A stretch of DNA of 61,418 nt, counting the filler, from Candidatus Babelota bacterium (GTDB taxonomy: Bacteria > JAGOBX01), in assembly GCA_017999075.1 (NCBI GenBank). It is 10 parts of 10 records of this genome, joined end to end, with 100 filler letters (N's around TTAATTAATTAA, not from the genome) between each part and the next. Parts side by side here need not be neighbours in the genome. Positions count along the whole stretch, not along the records: positions 1 to 21,321 come from JAGOBX010000008.1; 9 more parts are not named here. One strand, written 5' to 3'. Numbering within the stretch: the stretch's first letter is position 1; every line of letters begins with the position of its first letter. Position numbers and translations under genes: made by a program. The notes beneath the pieces were generated by a model. The model did no database searches and had not been told where the DNA came from. It saw nothing but the letters and a program-made list of their open reading frames with translations. Shown piece by piece: positions 9,571-20,800 of the stretch.

Positions 9571-12199
9571 AATAAATTCCGTATTTCCCTAAAACCTTCA
9601 AATCAGAATTTTTCGAATTAAGATACCTGTCATTCCCTGATTTATCAAAAAATACGGCTATACTTCCGAATTCACGCAGTACAAAATATTCGCCGAATCC
9701 TAAATTTTTCGAAATCGAATAGTAGCCGTCATCTCCCGATTCATCCACAAAAATTCCTATTGCAGTTGTTATTGCTCCGCCATTCCCGAGATGTCTCTGA
9801 TTATAAATATCATCGCCGGATTTATCATATAATAATCCAAACGACACATCGTGACCGCAGCCTTGACCTACTTCCCAATTATTATATTCATCATTGCCTG
9901 AAAAATCCATAAGACAGCTTATGCCAAGATGAATTCCGGAACCTTGAGAATATCTGTGAGCAACATATTTATCATCGCCGGAATAATCTATAAGACATCC
10001 TATTCCCATCCAATAAGAAGCAGCCTGACCGTAAACATCAGATTTATATAAATCATTTCCTTCGTAATCTATAAGCATTCCCAGTCCACCAGGAACATAT
10101 GGGCGGATGCCATATCCACAACCCTGGCTCATTGTTATTGAATTAGTATAATATCTTATAGAATCAATAATTCTGTTGCCGCTTAAATAAAAGTCGCTGC
10201 CTTTATAATCAATTAATATCCCGTATCCTTTAACCGAACCAAATCCCTCACAATATGCTCCGCCGTTATAAACATCATTCCCGTTCATATCATCAAGTAT
10301 AGAAACTCCAAACAATGCAGCGCCAATTCCATAAAGTTCACTCTGATAATTATCATTTCCGGATATATCGCTTATCACACTAATTCCAAAATATGACGAA
10401 GCCACAGAATTATTTTTTCCGAAATACCTGTCTTCACCTGAATTATCAAACAAACAGGATATTCCGAAAACAGTTGAACCAAGATCAAAATAAGTATCTG
10501 AAATATAGTTGTCATTCCCTGAAAAATCTATATAAACAGAAATCAATTTTTTTTCATCAGATGAAGCTATTTTATTTTTGTAAAAATCGTCGCCTCCTAA
10601 ATCAAGCAATATAAAACAATCTGAATTAGCATGATAATTATCGGAAGTTCCGGCAATTATTATTTTCCCTAATCTCGTATTTTTTTCAAATAAAATATCT
10701 TTTTCAATCAATTTTTTATCAATTCCAGAAAAATCATATTTTCTTATTTTTTCAGATATTATAACAATTTTATACGATATTTTTTTTAAGTCAGTCAAAT
10801 CAATTTTATCAAGAATTTTTTTTAATTTCATATTGTCTTTATCATTATCGTCTGAACTTTTAAGTTCTTCACGCATATTCATTTTTAACGATTTTCCCGT
10901 ATTTGAAAAATTATTCAATATATTTTCTTTTAAAAAAGAAAATTCGGTATCCGCCAAACTTTTTTTAAATTTTTCAAAACACTCTGCGTATTTAACAGAA
11001 TATCTGTAAATTTCATTTAAATCATTCTTTAATGTTTCGGGAAAATAATCAGGCAAATCTATCTCGGCTGCCGCCTCTGTAAATTCACCGTATTTTTCTT
11101 CAACCGGTATTTTATCCAATAAAAATACATTATATAATTTTTCAGATATACTCCCTGAATTAATCAGGCTATCGGATATAATGTTAAAACATTCTGGCGT
11201 TTCAATAGTATTTTGAAATAATTTCGTAAATACCGGCAATTCAATAGTATCGGGATTTTGTCTGTAACTCAAATTAAAATCATTTTCTTTCAGCATCATA
11301 TAATCAAGGACACCATTTATATTATCAGGATTTGAAAAAAAATTTCCAGAAACAGTATTTATACTATTTTTTTTCTCTTCGATTTTAGTTAAAGGAATCA
11401 TTTTTTCTTTTACTGTTTCATTTTTTACATTTTCACTATTTTCCTGTTCAACTGATTTTGAAAATGTGTCGTTAAAATTATTTAAAATTACCGAGTTGTT
11501 GTTCCCGGCAGAAATGCTTATATCAAAATTATTTTTTATAAATAAATTGTTTTTTATTACTGACCTGTAATCAAACCATAATTCCACAGCGTTTCCCGAA
11601 TTGTTAAAAAAACAGTTTGAATCAACGGAAGTATTGCAATGCAGCATTTGTATACCGTCATCTTTGTTTGAAAAAATAGAATTGTTTTTGATTAACGCTT
11701 CAGAATTATAAATTTTAATTCCGTCTATTTCATTATTTTCGATTATATTATCAATAATCTGCCCGTTAAAAAATGAAGCATATATACCATAAGGTTTATT
11801 GGAAGATATTATATTTTTTCTTACAACCGCGTCTGAATTCGATAAATATACCGCATTTGCATACCAGTCTCCATTTGCTCCTCGAATAATTAATTTTTCT
11901 ATTGTTCCAGAACCATATTTTAATAAAACAGGCTTTTCAAAATCTAAAGGTTCAATTATGACTTTTCCTTCTTCTTCCGCAGTTATGCTGACACCGTCTT
12001 TTAATTCTATATTGAGTTTATATGTTCCAGGCAATAAAAAAAGAGTATCTTCACTTTGCGCATATTTTATTTTATCGGTAGTGGTGGGAGAAATTTCTAT
12101 TATTTGTCCGGCGCATAAATAACTGCAGGTTACAAAAAATACTGTTACAAAAAAAAACCACCTTTTAATAAAGGTGGTTTTAAAAAAAACTGAATCCAT
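9560..12199 (-). CDS. Secreted protein with an N-terminal right-handed beta-helix (NosD-like) and C-terminal DxxGxDxY/Gly-rich repeats
   Basis: Signal peptide; LLPGTY followed by N/G/I-rich helix turns; about 12 repeats such as DLGGDDFY, DFSGNDNY, DYSGDDKY, DKSGDDIY. Confidence 0.75.
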   Translation of the reverse strand: MDSVFFKTTFIKRWFFFVTVFFVTCSYLCAGQIIEISPTTTDKIKYAQSEDTLFLLPGTYKLNIELKDGVSITAEEEGKVIIEPLDFEKPVLLKYGSGTIEKLIIRGANGDWYANAVYLSNSDAVVRKNIISSNKPYGIYASFFNGQIIDNIIENNEIDGIKIYNSEALIKNNSIFSNKDDGIQMLHCNTSVDSNCFFNNSGNAVELWFDYRSVIKNNLFIKNNFDISISAGNNNSVILNNFNDTFSKSVEQENSENVKNETVKEKMIPLTKIEEKKNSINTVSGNFFSNPDNINGVLDYMMLKENDFNLSYRQNPDTIELPVFTKLFQNTIETPECFNIISDSLINSGSISEKLYNVFLLDKIPVEEKYGEFTEAAAEIDLPDYFPETLKNDLNEIYRYSVKYAECFEKFKKSLADTEFSFLKENILNNFSNTGKSLKMNMREELKSSDDNDKDNMKLKKILDKIDLTDLKKISYKIVIISEKIRKYDFSGIDKKLIEKDILFEKNTRLGKIIIAGTSDNYHANSDCFILLDLGGDDFYKNKIASSDEKKLISVYIDFSGNDNYISDTYFDLGSTVFGISCLFDNSGEDRYFGKNNSVASSYFGISVISDISGNDNYQSELYGIGAALFGVSILDDMNGNDVYNGGAYCEGFGSVKGYGILIDYKGSDFYLSGNRIIDSIRYYTNSITMSQGCGYGIRPYVPGGLGMLIDYEGNDLYKSDVYGQAASYWMGIGCLIDYSGDDKYVAHRYSQGSGIHLGISCLMDFSGNDEYNNWEVGQGCGHDVSFGLLYDKSGDDIYNQRHLGNGGAITTAIGIFVDESGDDGYYSISKNLGFGEYFVLREFGSIAVFFDKSGNDRYLNSKNSDLKVLGKYGIYYDK
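12149..12181 (-). terminator. Probable intrinsic terminator downstream of fliD, overlapping the first codons of the next gene
   Basis: Perfect 12-bp stem AAAACCACCTTT/AAAGGTGGTTTT with a 4-nt loop, followed by a U-run on the minus strand. Confidence 0.6.
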
Positions 12200-12210
12200 A
12201 ATTATTTTTA

Positions 12211-13761
12211 TCAGTTGCTGCTTAAACTGCTTAACTGAGATGAAAAATATTCTCCCTGACTGTTTAAAGTTGAAAGCTGCTGTTCCATTCGTGAAAATTG
12301 TTTTCTATATGTTTCTTCAACTCTTTCAAGACGTTCGGTCTGCCTGTCAATATTATCATTAATAGAATCTATAATTGATTGAAGCGCATTTTTCTCATTT
12401 GTAATCATTCCACTGTATCTTGTTATCGGATTAAGATACGCATTAATTTTATACGCTATACCGTTATCAGCAACTACTTTTGTTTCTGTAGGAGTTGAAG
12501 TCTTATATCCGAACAGCAATTGAACCTGATCAGAATTCGCATCAATAGCAGCCTGAAGTTTATTTTCATCAATTACAAGATGATTAGCGTCTGTGGTACC
12601 GTATTTTCCTAATGAAATTCCTATTTCGCTTAACATTGAATATTGCCCTGCATTTCTTAATTCAGAATATGCCTGCATTGTTTGCGTGTTCATATTAAAA
12701 CTTATATCTGTAACTAAAAAATTACCGGCTAACGGCCCTCTTGACGATGTATCACTGTCTGATTCGGAAGATAACGTGCTTACTGTGGAAAGTTTTGTCT
12801 GTTCTTTGATAAAATCCTGAACATCATTATATTTTTTCACAAAATCTTTTATTAAATTAGATATAGCGCTGGTATTCTTTTTTACAACTACAGTAGAATC
12901 CCCATCACTTAAAAAATTCACAGTAGTGCCGTTAACAGTGTAGCTGTTTCCAGTAGGATTTATGGTAACTCCATTCAGTTCAGCTGCAGTTGAAGTACCG
13001 CTTACAAAATTCGCATTATTCGCCGGAGCAGCAACAGCGCCTATATCAGCAGTAAGATTTAATGTATCTATAATTCCCAAATCATCTGATCCGCCACCGT
13101 CAACATCTGTAGTTATATCAATAAAATAATCTCCTGCTTCATTTGCTGTTAATACAAATTTTCCGTTAACAGATGAATCTTCGTCGTAAAATGCAGTTAC
13201 TCCCACGCTAGCACGGTTTATTTTAGTAATAAAAGTATTTAGAGTATCTGTCGTATTAAATTCTATTTGTGAGGATTTTACTTCTGAGCCATCAGCTTTA
13301 TTCCTCAAAACTATTTTAAATTTACCGTTCCCATTACTCAATAAAGGATCAACAAAATCTCCGTCATCACTTAATGCCTTTAAAGTTTTAGTTGAATTTT
13401 TAATAGTATTTGCTGCAATGTCCGCAGTTGATTTAGTAAACGCCTGCGTACCTAAAACTATGTTGGTAAACTTATATGTTCCTTCAGCAGCAGTACTGCT
13501 TGATGTTGCTGATAAAATAGAAGTATCGCTGATATTGGTGCTTTTTGCTGACCAAGAAGTAGCTGTTAATAATGTTTCTGAAGAACTTTTTAAAGCAAGA
13601 AGTTTGGTATTAAAATTTTCAAATGCAGTTTTCTGTTCCGCATATTTATCTCTGCGCGCTTCTAATTTAGTTATTGGAACTTTTTCTAATTCTATTAATT
13701 GGCTGATTATAGAATCAGTGTCTAATCCGCTTAATCCTCCGACTGAAATACCCATAATCAT
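12211..13761 (-). CDS. fliD: Flagellar filament cap protein
   Basis: GLSGLDTDSIISQLIELE N-terminus, IKDFVKKYN, LSEIGI, KQFSRMEQQLSTLNSQ C-terminus; GGGAGG RBS. Confidence 0.95.
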   Translation of the reverse strand: MIMGISVGGLSGLDTDSIISQLIELEKVPITKLEARRDKYAEQKTAFENFNTKLLALKSSSETLLTATSWSAKSTNISDTSILSATSSSTAAEGTYKFTNIVLGTQAFTKSTADIAANTIKNSTKTLKALSDDGDFVDPLLSNGNGKFKIVLRNKADGSEVKSSQIEFNTTDTLNTFITKINRASVGVTAFYDEDSSVNGKFVLTANEAGDYFIDITTDVDGGGSDDLGIIDTLNLTADIGAVAAPANNANFVSGTSTAAELNGVTINPTGNSYTVNGTTVNFLSDGDSTVVVKKNTSAISNLIKDFVKKYNDVQDFIKEQTKLSTVSTLSSESDSDTSSRGPLAGNFLVTDISFNMNTQTMQAYSELRNAGQYSMLSEIGISLGKYGTTDANHLVIDENKLQAAIDANSDQVQLLFGYKTSTPTETKVVADNGIAYKINAYLNPITRYSGMITNEKNALQSIIDSINDNIDRQTERLERVEETYRKQFSRMEQQLSTLNSQGEYFSSQLSSLSSN

Positions 13762-13819
13762 TCCCTCCCTGGTTTTTCTTTCGCGTTTTTAAAAATAAAA
13801 TATATACTATCTTATATTT

Positions 13820-13846
13820 ATATCGGCAAAAACACAAAAAACTTTA
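13820..13846 (-). promoter_or_regulatory. Sigma28 (FliA) promoter of fliD
   Basis: Minus strand reads TAAA-N15-GCCGATAT, matching the sigma28 consensus, about 60 bp upstream of fliD. Confidence 0.88.
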
Positions 13847-13864
13847 ATTATTTTTTACAATTTT

Positions 13865-14785
13865 TTATAATTCAGGGAATTTATAGGTAAGAGACAACCT
13901 ATGTGTGTCTCCCAAAGAGCCGAATGGAGAAAATGCATAATCAAGCACAAACCTTGATACATAAAATCCTAATCCTGCGCTTACTCCGTCGCCAATATCG
14001 CTTTCAGAAGTATAACCGCATCTTAATGCAAGCATTTTATGAAATTTCCATTCTACTCCTGTGCTGAACGACCAGTCAGTATCACGCGCTTTTACAATAT
14101 CAATGCCTGTTACAAGTTTATCCTGATAAAAAATATACGACATCCCAAACCTGAATGTTTGCGGAGGTTTAAAACTTTCCTGGACAAATTTTATGGATTT
14201 CCCTAAATTTTGCGCAGCAAAACCAAACATTAACTTTTCTATATTCGGAGTATATAAAATACCAAAATCAAAAATATACCCTGATGCGCTTTCATACTCA
14301 TATTTTTCATCAATATATTTAAAATTAAGTCCTGTTATAACTTTTTCCGACAGTTTTCTGCCGTAAGTCAAAGCAAAAGCTTTATCAGAAGCTTCAGGAT
14401 TTGAAATTCTATAACCACTTGCATTGTATCCTTCAATTTCTCCGTAATCAACATATATCAAACTTCCTGCCAAAGCTGATTTGTCTGTTAGAGGCTGCGC
14501 ATATCCTATATATCCGTAATTTATATCTGCCAACCATTTATTATGCATCAAATTCGCTTCAGGTACACGTAAATTTATTACACCAGCAGGATTTCCGTAT
14601 GTAGCGTTGATCCCATCTGCAATTGCTGTAAATGTGTTTCCCATACCTATAGCTCTGGCACCAACTCCAAGACGCAAAAATATTGCGCCTACAGTACCTG
14701 CATTATATTGAACTCCACGACAATAAACAGATACAGGAAATAAAATTGTCAATAAAATTAAAATTAATACTATTTTTTTTCTCAT
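13865..14785 (-). CDS. PorV/PorQ-family (UPF0164) outer-membrane beta-barrel
   Basis: Signal peptide, FLRLGVGARAIGMG, NPAG, LRCGY, DYAFSPFGSLGDTHRLSL. Confidence 0.88.
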   Translation of the reverse strand: MRKKIVLILILLTILFPVSVYCRGVQYNAGTVGAIFLRLGVGARAIGMGNTFTAIADGINATYGNPAGVINLRVPEANLMHNKWLADINYGYIGYAQPLTDKSALAGSLIYVDYGEIEGYNASGYRISNPEASDKAFALTYGRKLSEKVITGLNFKYIDEKYEYESASGYIFDFGILYTPNIEKLMFGFAAQNLGKSIKFVQESFKPPQTFRFGMSYIFYQDKLVTGIDIVKARDTDWSFSTGVEWKFHKMLALRCGYTSESDIGDGVSAGLGFYVSRFVLDYAFSPFGSLGDTHRLSLTYKFPEL

Positions 14786-14856
14786 TTTTGAATATTATAA
14801 ATTTTCTTTAAAAAAAAGCAAATATATTCTAAAATATATAAAAATTATTTAAATAA

Positions 14857-17800
14857 TTATTTTATCACTAAAATCTTGCCTATTTTCTTTTCTTCTCCTT
14901 TTTCAAGCATATAAATATATACGCCGCTTGCAACAGATTGCCCATGATCGTTTTTCCCATCCCAAATAAATCTGTATTGATTCTGACCTGTAGTATTTTC
15001 AGATATTATCTGACCTGTAACTGTAAATATCCTTAACCTTGTTCCAGGCTGAACATTATCAAATATAACATTATTATGACCTATGCCTGAATTCGGCTTA
15101 AACGGGTTCGGATAAACTTTCACATTACCCAAACCAAGATTCAAACTTATATTTGCTCCGAAAACAGAATATATTGAAAAATGATTTATTCTTACAGAAA
15201 CAAGTTTATTTATAGGATCATTAACGCTGTTAGTGACTATTTCCCATTGATTTGAATTTTCATTCAGCCAATAAAAATTCAAACTTGTTACAGGCATACC
15301 TTTAAATAAAGGAGAAATCGTACCGTCAACTATCAGATCATTGTCGTCATCAGGATAACTTATATACAACTGAATATAATTTGAATCAAAATTAGTAAGT
15401 TTTGTTCCATCGCTTTTTTCAAAATTAAATCCTTTTGTTGTTTCAACTAAATTTGTAATTGTTGATAACGGAACAAAATGTGTTAATTTTCTTATAGTTT
15501 CATTTGCCTGAGCTATTTGAGCTTTTATAGTTGAACTGAATGATAATGATTTTTCAAGTTTAACTTTCAAATTCGGATCAACATTCATAAAATACATATA
15601 AAATATTTCGTAAGGTATCACTATCATCGCATACGATTTTAAATAAGTTTCACTTACAAATGTAATAGGCGGGAATGGAGGCAACTTACTCTTTTTCATA
15701 AACAATTGAGTTTCAAATATTTTATTTTGAAAATTAATCGACACCTTTGTCATAGTATCAATGGCAGAATTAAGTTTAAATTCAGCTACTCCATTTGTAA
15801 TAGCAACACTGGAATCAACAAAATTAAGTTTTGATGAATTCAATGTTACCGTATTCCCGTCAAAACAACTTATTATACTTCCTTCATAACTTATCAGATT
15901 AACAAATACAGAAGTTGTACCTGAATTAGTTTGTGTCCATACTTTAAGCTGAGGTATATTGTCAGTCGAATAAATTTTAGTAACAATAAGACTGCTTTGA
16001 GTCATATCGCTTTTATTTGTAGCATTATCTTCCATCTGAATATAATATACATAATTTTTTTCATATTGAGCTGTATCATCTGTAAAATTAGCCGATGTAG
16101 TAGAACCAAGATATATTGGCAACGCCTCATTTTCTGTTAATCTGAAAATATTATATTGTTTAAAATCATCTCCGTATAATTCGTCTGACATATCAGGTTT
16201 GGACCATTTGAACGTTATTATAGGTTTTTCAGAAATAGCGTCAATAACTTTAGTTATTGTTCCTGAGTCAACAACTGGCGGATTATCCAAATCGCAATAA
16301 ACTGTTATTGTATCATAACTTACATTTGTATATTCATCTATTATTTTTACAATTAAAACATTTTCAGTTTTAACTAATAAATTATATGACAACTGTATTT
16401 CAGAGTTCCACTGATTATCATTTAAAATAACAGATGACTTATAATTATTATTTACATATATTGTCACCGTATTCCCGTTATCTGCCGAAGAACTTCCTTT
16501 AAGAAGCAGGGTAATAGAATTAGTATCATATTTTGAAACAGAACTTGTTATTGGATACAAAAATTTAATATTTACAGAATCATTATATTTTATAATAATT
16601 GTATCATAATCTGTTAATCCGTTAAATTTAGAAATAAGCTGCGCTGTCAAATAATTATTTCCTGAAGATAAATTAATGTCATTAAATTCAAATCCACCAT
16701 TTTTAATCTGAATATTTTCTGAAGTTAAATAAATTCCGTTAACAAATAATTTCACCGTATCACCGGCAAAAGAATTATATGAAATACCGCTTATTTTAAT
16801 TAAATTAACATTAGTACAGATGTTATCATTAGGATAGAAAATATCAACATCTACAAGTTTAATATAATTTACCATTATAGTGTCGAATTTTATTCTATTA
16901 AATTTATCTACAAGTTTTACTGCAACACTATCGCCAAGACCTGTAAGTTTAACTGTTCCGCTCCAGTTACCATTAATATTATTTAAAACATATTCAGATT
17001 GTTTAAACGAATTAACATAAAATTCTATTTTGTCGCCTGTATTAACATCATAAGAAGTTCCTGATATCATAATATATTCCGAACTTGTATCATGTAAATC
17101 TACAGGAGAAACAATTTCAATATAAGGATTATCAAAATAATTTATTGTAATATAATCCGTATCATATCTGCCGAACCGGTCTTTTACTAAAATACTGATG
17201 GTATTAGATTGCGATGATAAAAAAGCATTCAGCGTAAACGAACCGTCAATTGAATTTAAAACTGAACTTCCTGCTAAATTACCGTTAACATAAATATACG
17301 TTGTGTCGCCGTTTCCTGTGGATTTTGTAAATCCGGAAATATTAATTGAAGAATTATATGTATCATAATTTAATCCGGAATTTACAGGATTATTTATAAC
17401 AACATCAAGTTCCGGATAATAATATATTATTATTGTATCAAAAGCAGTTCTGTTAAAATTATCGGTTAACTGCAATACAATTGTATTAAATCCTGAATTT
17501 ATTTTTATATTATTAATTAACCAATTATCCGAATATCTGTTATTTATAACATCTTTTGAATCAGAATATAAAATTCCATTCAAATAAATAACTGCAAAAT
17601 CATTTTCTCTAACAGAAACAGTTGTTCCTGATATGGCTATAGTAGAAACATTGGTTTCATAATAATTATCCTGAACCGGCGAAGTTATTGAAACAACAGG
17701 TAAATCCAAATAATTCAGAGTAATCGTATCGTAATCTATTCTTCCAAACTTATCTGTAAGGGCAACATTAATTTTATCGTTTAACCCAGATATATTGCAT

Positions 17801-20800
17801 GTTAATGACCAGTTTTCATTATATGAATTTAAATTAACAAAATTTTGTTTTATGCCGTTAACAAATAATTCTATCGTATCATTCCCGTTAATATTCAACG
17901 ATGTACCTGAAATAATTATGTTTGTCAAACAAGTATCTGTATTATCTTCAGGCATAATTATTTTCACATCTATATCAGGCAGATAATAAATTACAATAGT
18001 GTCATACGAACAATTTGCCACTTTAGGTTTCAGCTGGAGCAGCAATATATTTTTCCCTGGCTCCAATTTTCCATTCAATATACCTGACCATTCTGTATCA
18101 CTCGACAAAATAAATTTCGTCAGAAAAACAGAATCAGAATTTATTGTATCCGATTCGTTATTCATTCTATAAACAAAAATAGAATCTCCAGTTACAGAAT
18201 TAAATGAGGTTCCGCTAAACATTATTGAATTTGAAAATGTATCAATAACATTATCGCACGGCGACTTTATTGAAATTATAGAATATCCTAGATATTTAAT
18301 TATCGACGTATTATATCTTGAAACACCGAATTTATCAGTAAATTTTACAACTATGCTGTCTCCGGCTCCTGCTAAACTTACTGTGCCTGACCAGGTTCCG
18401 TTCATTGAATTTATATTCGAAACAGAGCATAAGGATAATGTATCTCCATTGTAATACCTGATAAATATTTCTATTGTATCTCCATTATTTGAATTATAAC
18501 TTGTTCCTGAAACATTAATCATTTGAACTGCCGTCTCATAATTATCAACAGGCTCGATTATTGACACAGAAGGATTATCAAAATAATGAACTGTTAAACT
18601 GTATGTGTCGAATCTGTTTAACCCGAACCTGTCGTTTATTACTGCATAAACAGTATTTTGCTGAGAAGTCAAACTTGCCGTACCGCTGAATACATTTGAT
18701 ACACCGGTTAAAACCTCGGTATAATTCAAAACATTTCCTGTATAAATTTTTATAATATCTCCTGCACCTGCATTTGATAATGTTCCTGAAATATTTATGA
18801 TTTTAACATTAGTATCGTAACCTCCGAATTGAATAAATTCGATAGGATTTGTAACTGCAATACTTACTCCGCCATAATAATTTACAATAATAGTATCATA
18901 AATTATTCTGCCGAATCTATCAGTTAATTTAGCAACTATTGAATCACCAAAATTTGACAGCACAACAGTTTCAGCCCATATTCCATTCAAATCAGTTAAA
19001 TTAAATTTTGACTGATAAACTCCATTCACAAATAATTCTACTGTATCTCCTATTCTTGTAAATTCTGTTGTTCCGGAAATAATTATGTTTTTAAAAGAAG
19101 TATCATAATTTGACAATGGACTTGTTATAGCTAATTTCGGATATTTGTAAAAGTTAACCTGAACCGTGTCGTAACTTGTTTGTCCGTATCTATCAATAAA
19201 TTTCACTATAACACTGTCAGCATAATTTGATATAGAAACAGCTCCTGTCCATATACCATTCATTCCGATATTAACAACATTAGTCATAATTTGAGGAACA
19301 AATAGATTGTTTACATACAACATCACAGTATCGCCAGTATGATTATATTTAGTGGTTCCTGAAATTTGAACTATACTTGCATCAGTATCAATAATAACAG
19401 TTTTAGATGGAGAAGTTATAGCTAATGTTGGATTACCAAAATAATTTACAGTAACCCGCGAATATTTGAATTTTCCATCATAAAACCCCTGACCTGAGTA
19501 AATATATGCTACAACATTATTTACAGTTGTATCAAATGAATATGTAAATGGTCCTAACTTTACATTTGCGATATGAGTTAAATTAATATAGGTATCAAAT
19601 GATCCGCTATCAGAAGATAGAATATATGATGCCGTATCTTTACCATTTACAGTTAAATAAATAATATCTCCTGACCTGGTATTATACGTAGTTCCGCGAA
19701 TTTGTATTCCGGTTATATAAGTATCACTATTATTCACTGGATATGCAATCTGTATAGATACATTTCCTGAATCAAAATATTGTAACGTAATAGTATCATA
19801 AGCTATTCTTCCAAAACCATCTGTCAACTTAATTGTTAATTTATTATTTCCGTCAAGTAATGGAACTAAATCACATTCCCAATTCCCGTTGCGGTTTAAT
19901 AAAATATAAGTATCCGGTACTATCTGATAATATCCATTTACAAATACTTCTATGGTATCTCCCTGTCTTGAATTATTTGAAGTCCCTGATAAAGTGATTA
20001 TTCTTATATATGTATCATAATCAATTGAATCTGATGTTGTCGGATATTTTATTTTCACAGACAAATCAGGATAATAATTTACAGTTATTGTATCATATGC
20101 AATTGAATTAAAGCTATTGATGAGTTTCGCGGTTATAACGTTTATTGTATCATTTAAATTAATTTGAATGGAAAAATTATCTTTAAATTTTGTTATTGAA
20201 TATTTAGTATCATTCAATATTCCATTAATAAAAATTTCTACTGTGTCATTTGATACAGCATTAAACGTTGTTCCGGAAATAATTATATTTTTAACAAATG
20301 TATCATATAAATTTATTGGGGTGGTGATTCTAATAGATGGTATTCCTATATAATTTATTACCACTGAACAATTACTCGTCCTGCCAAATTTATCAGTTAT
20401 AACCACGAATACTGTATCATTGTAACTGTTTAAATTAATTCCATTAAAGCTCCATGAGCCGGAATCAGAAATAATGTTAGTAGTTCCTTGCTTATATGGA
20501 TGACCTATTTGTTCAACATATAATTCTACCGTATCTCCTGATCTTGTAAAACCTGTAAAACCTCGAATAGTAATTAAAGAATTATTAGTGTCACATTCAG
20601 TACTAGTAGGATAACTTATATAAATCAGCGGAGACGATAGGTAATTTATTGTAACCGTATCATAATAATTTCTCCCAAATTGATCTGTCAACTTAACCAC
20701 TACGGAATCATAATAACCATTCAAACTCACACTTCCAGACCAATTTGAATTCAAAGAAGTCATATTTATTGAATTGACTAGTATATTATTTACAAACAAC

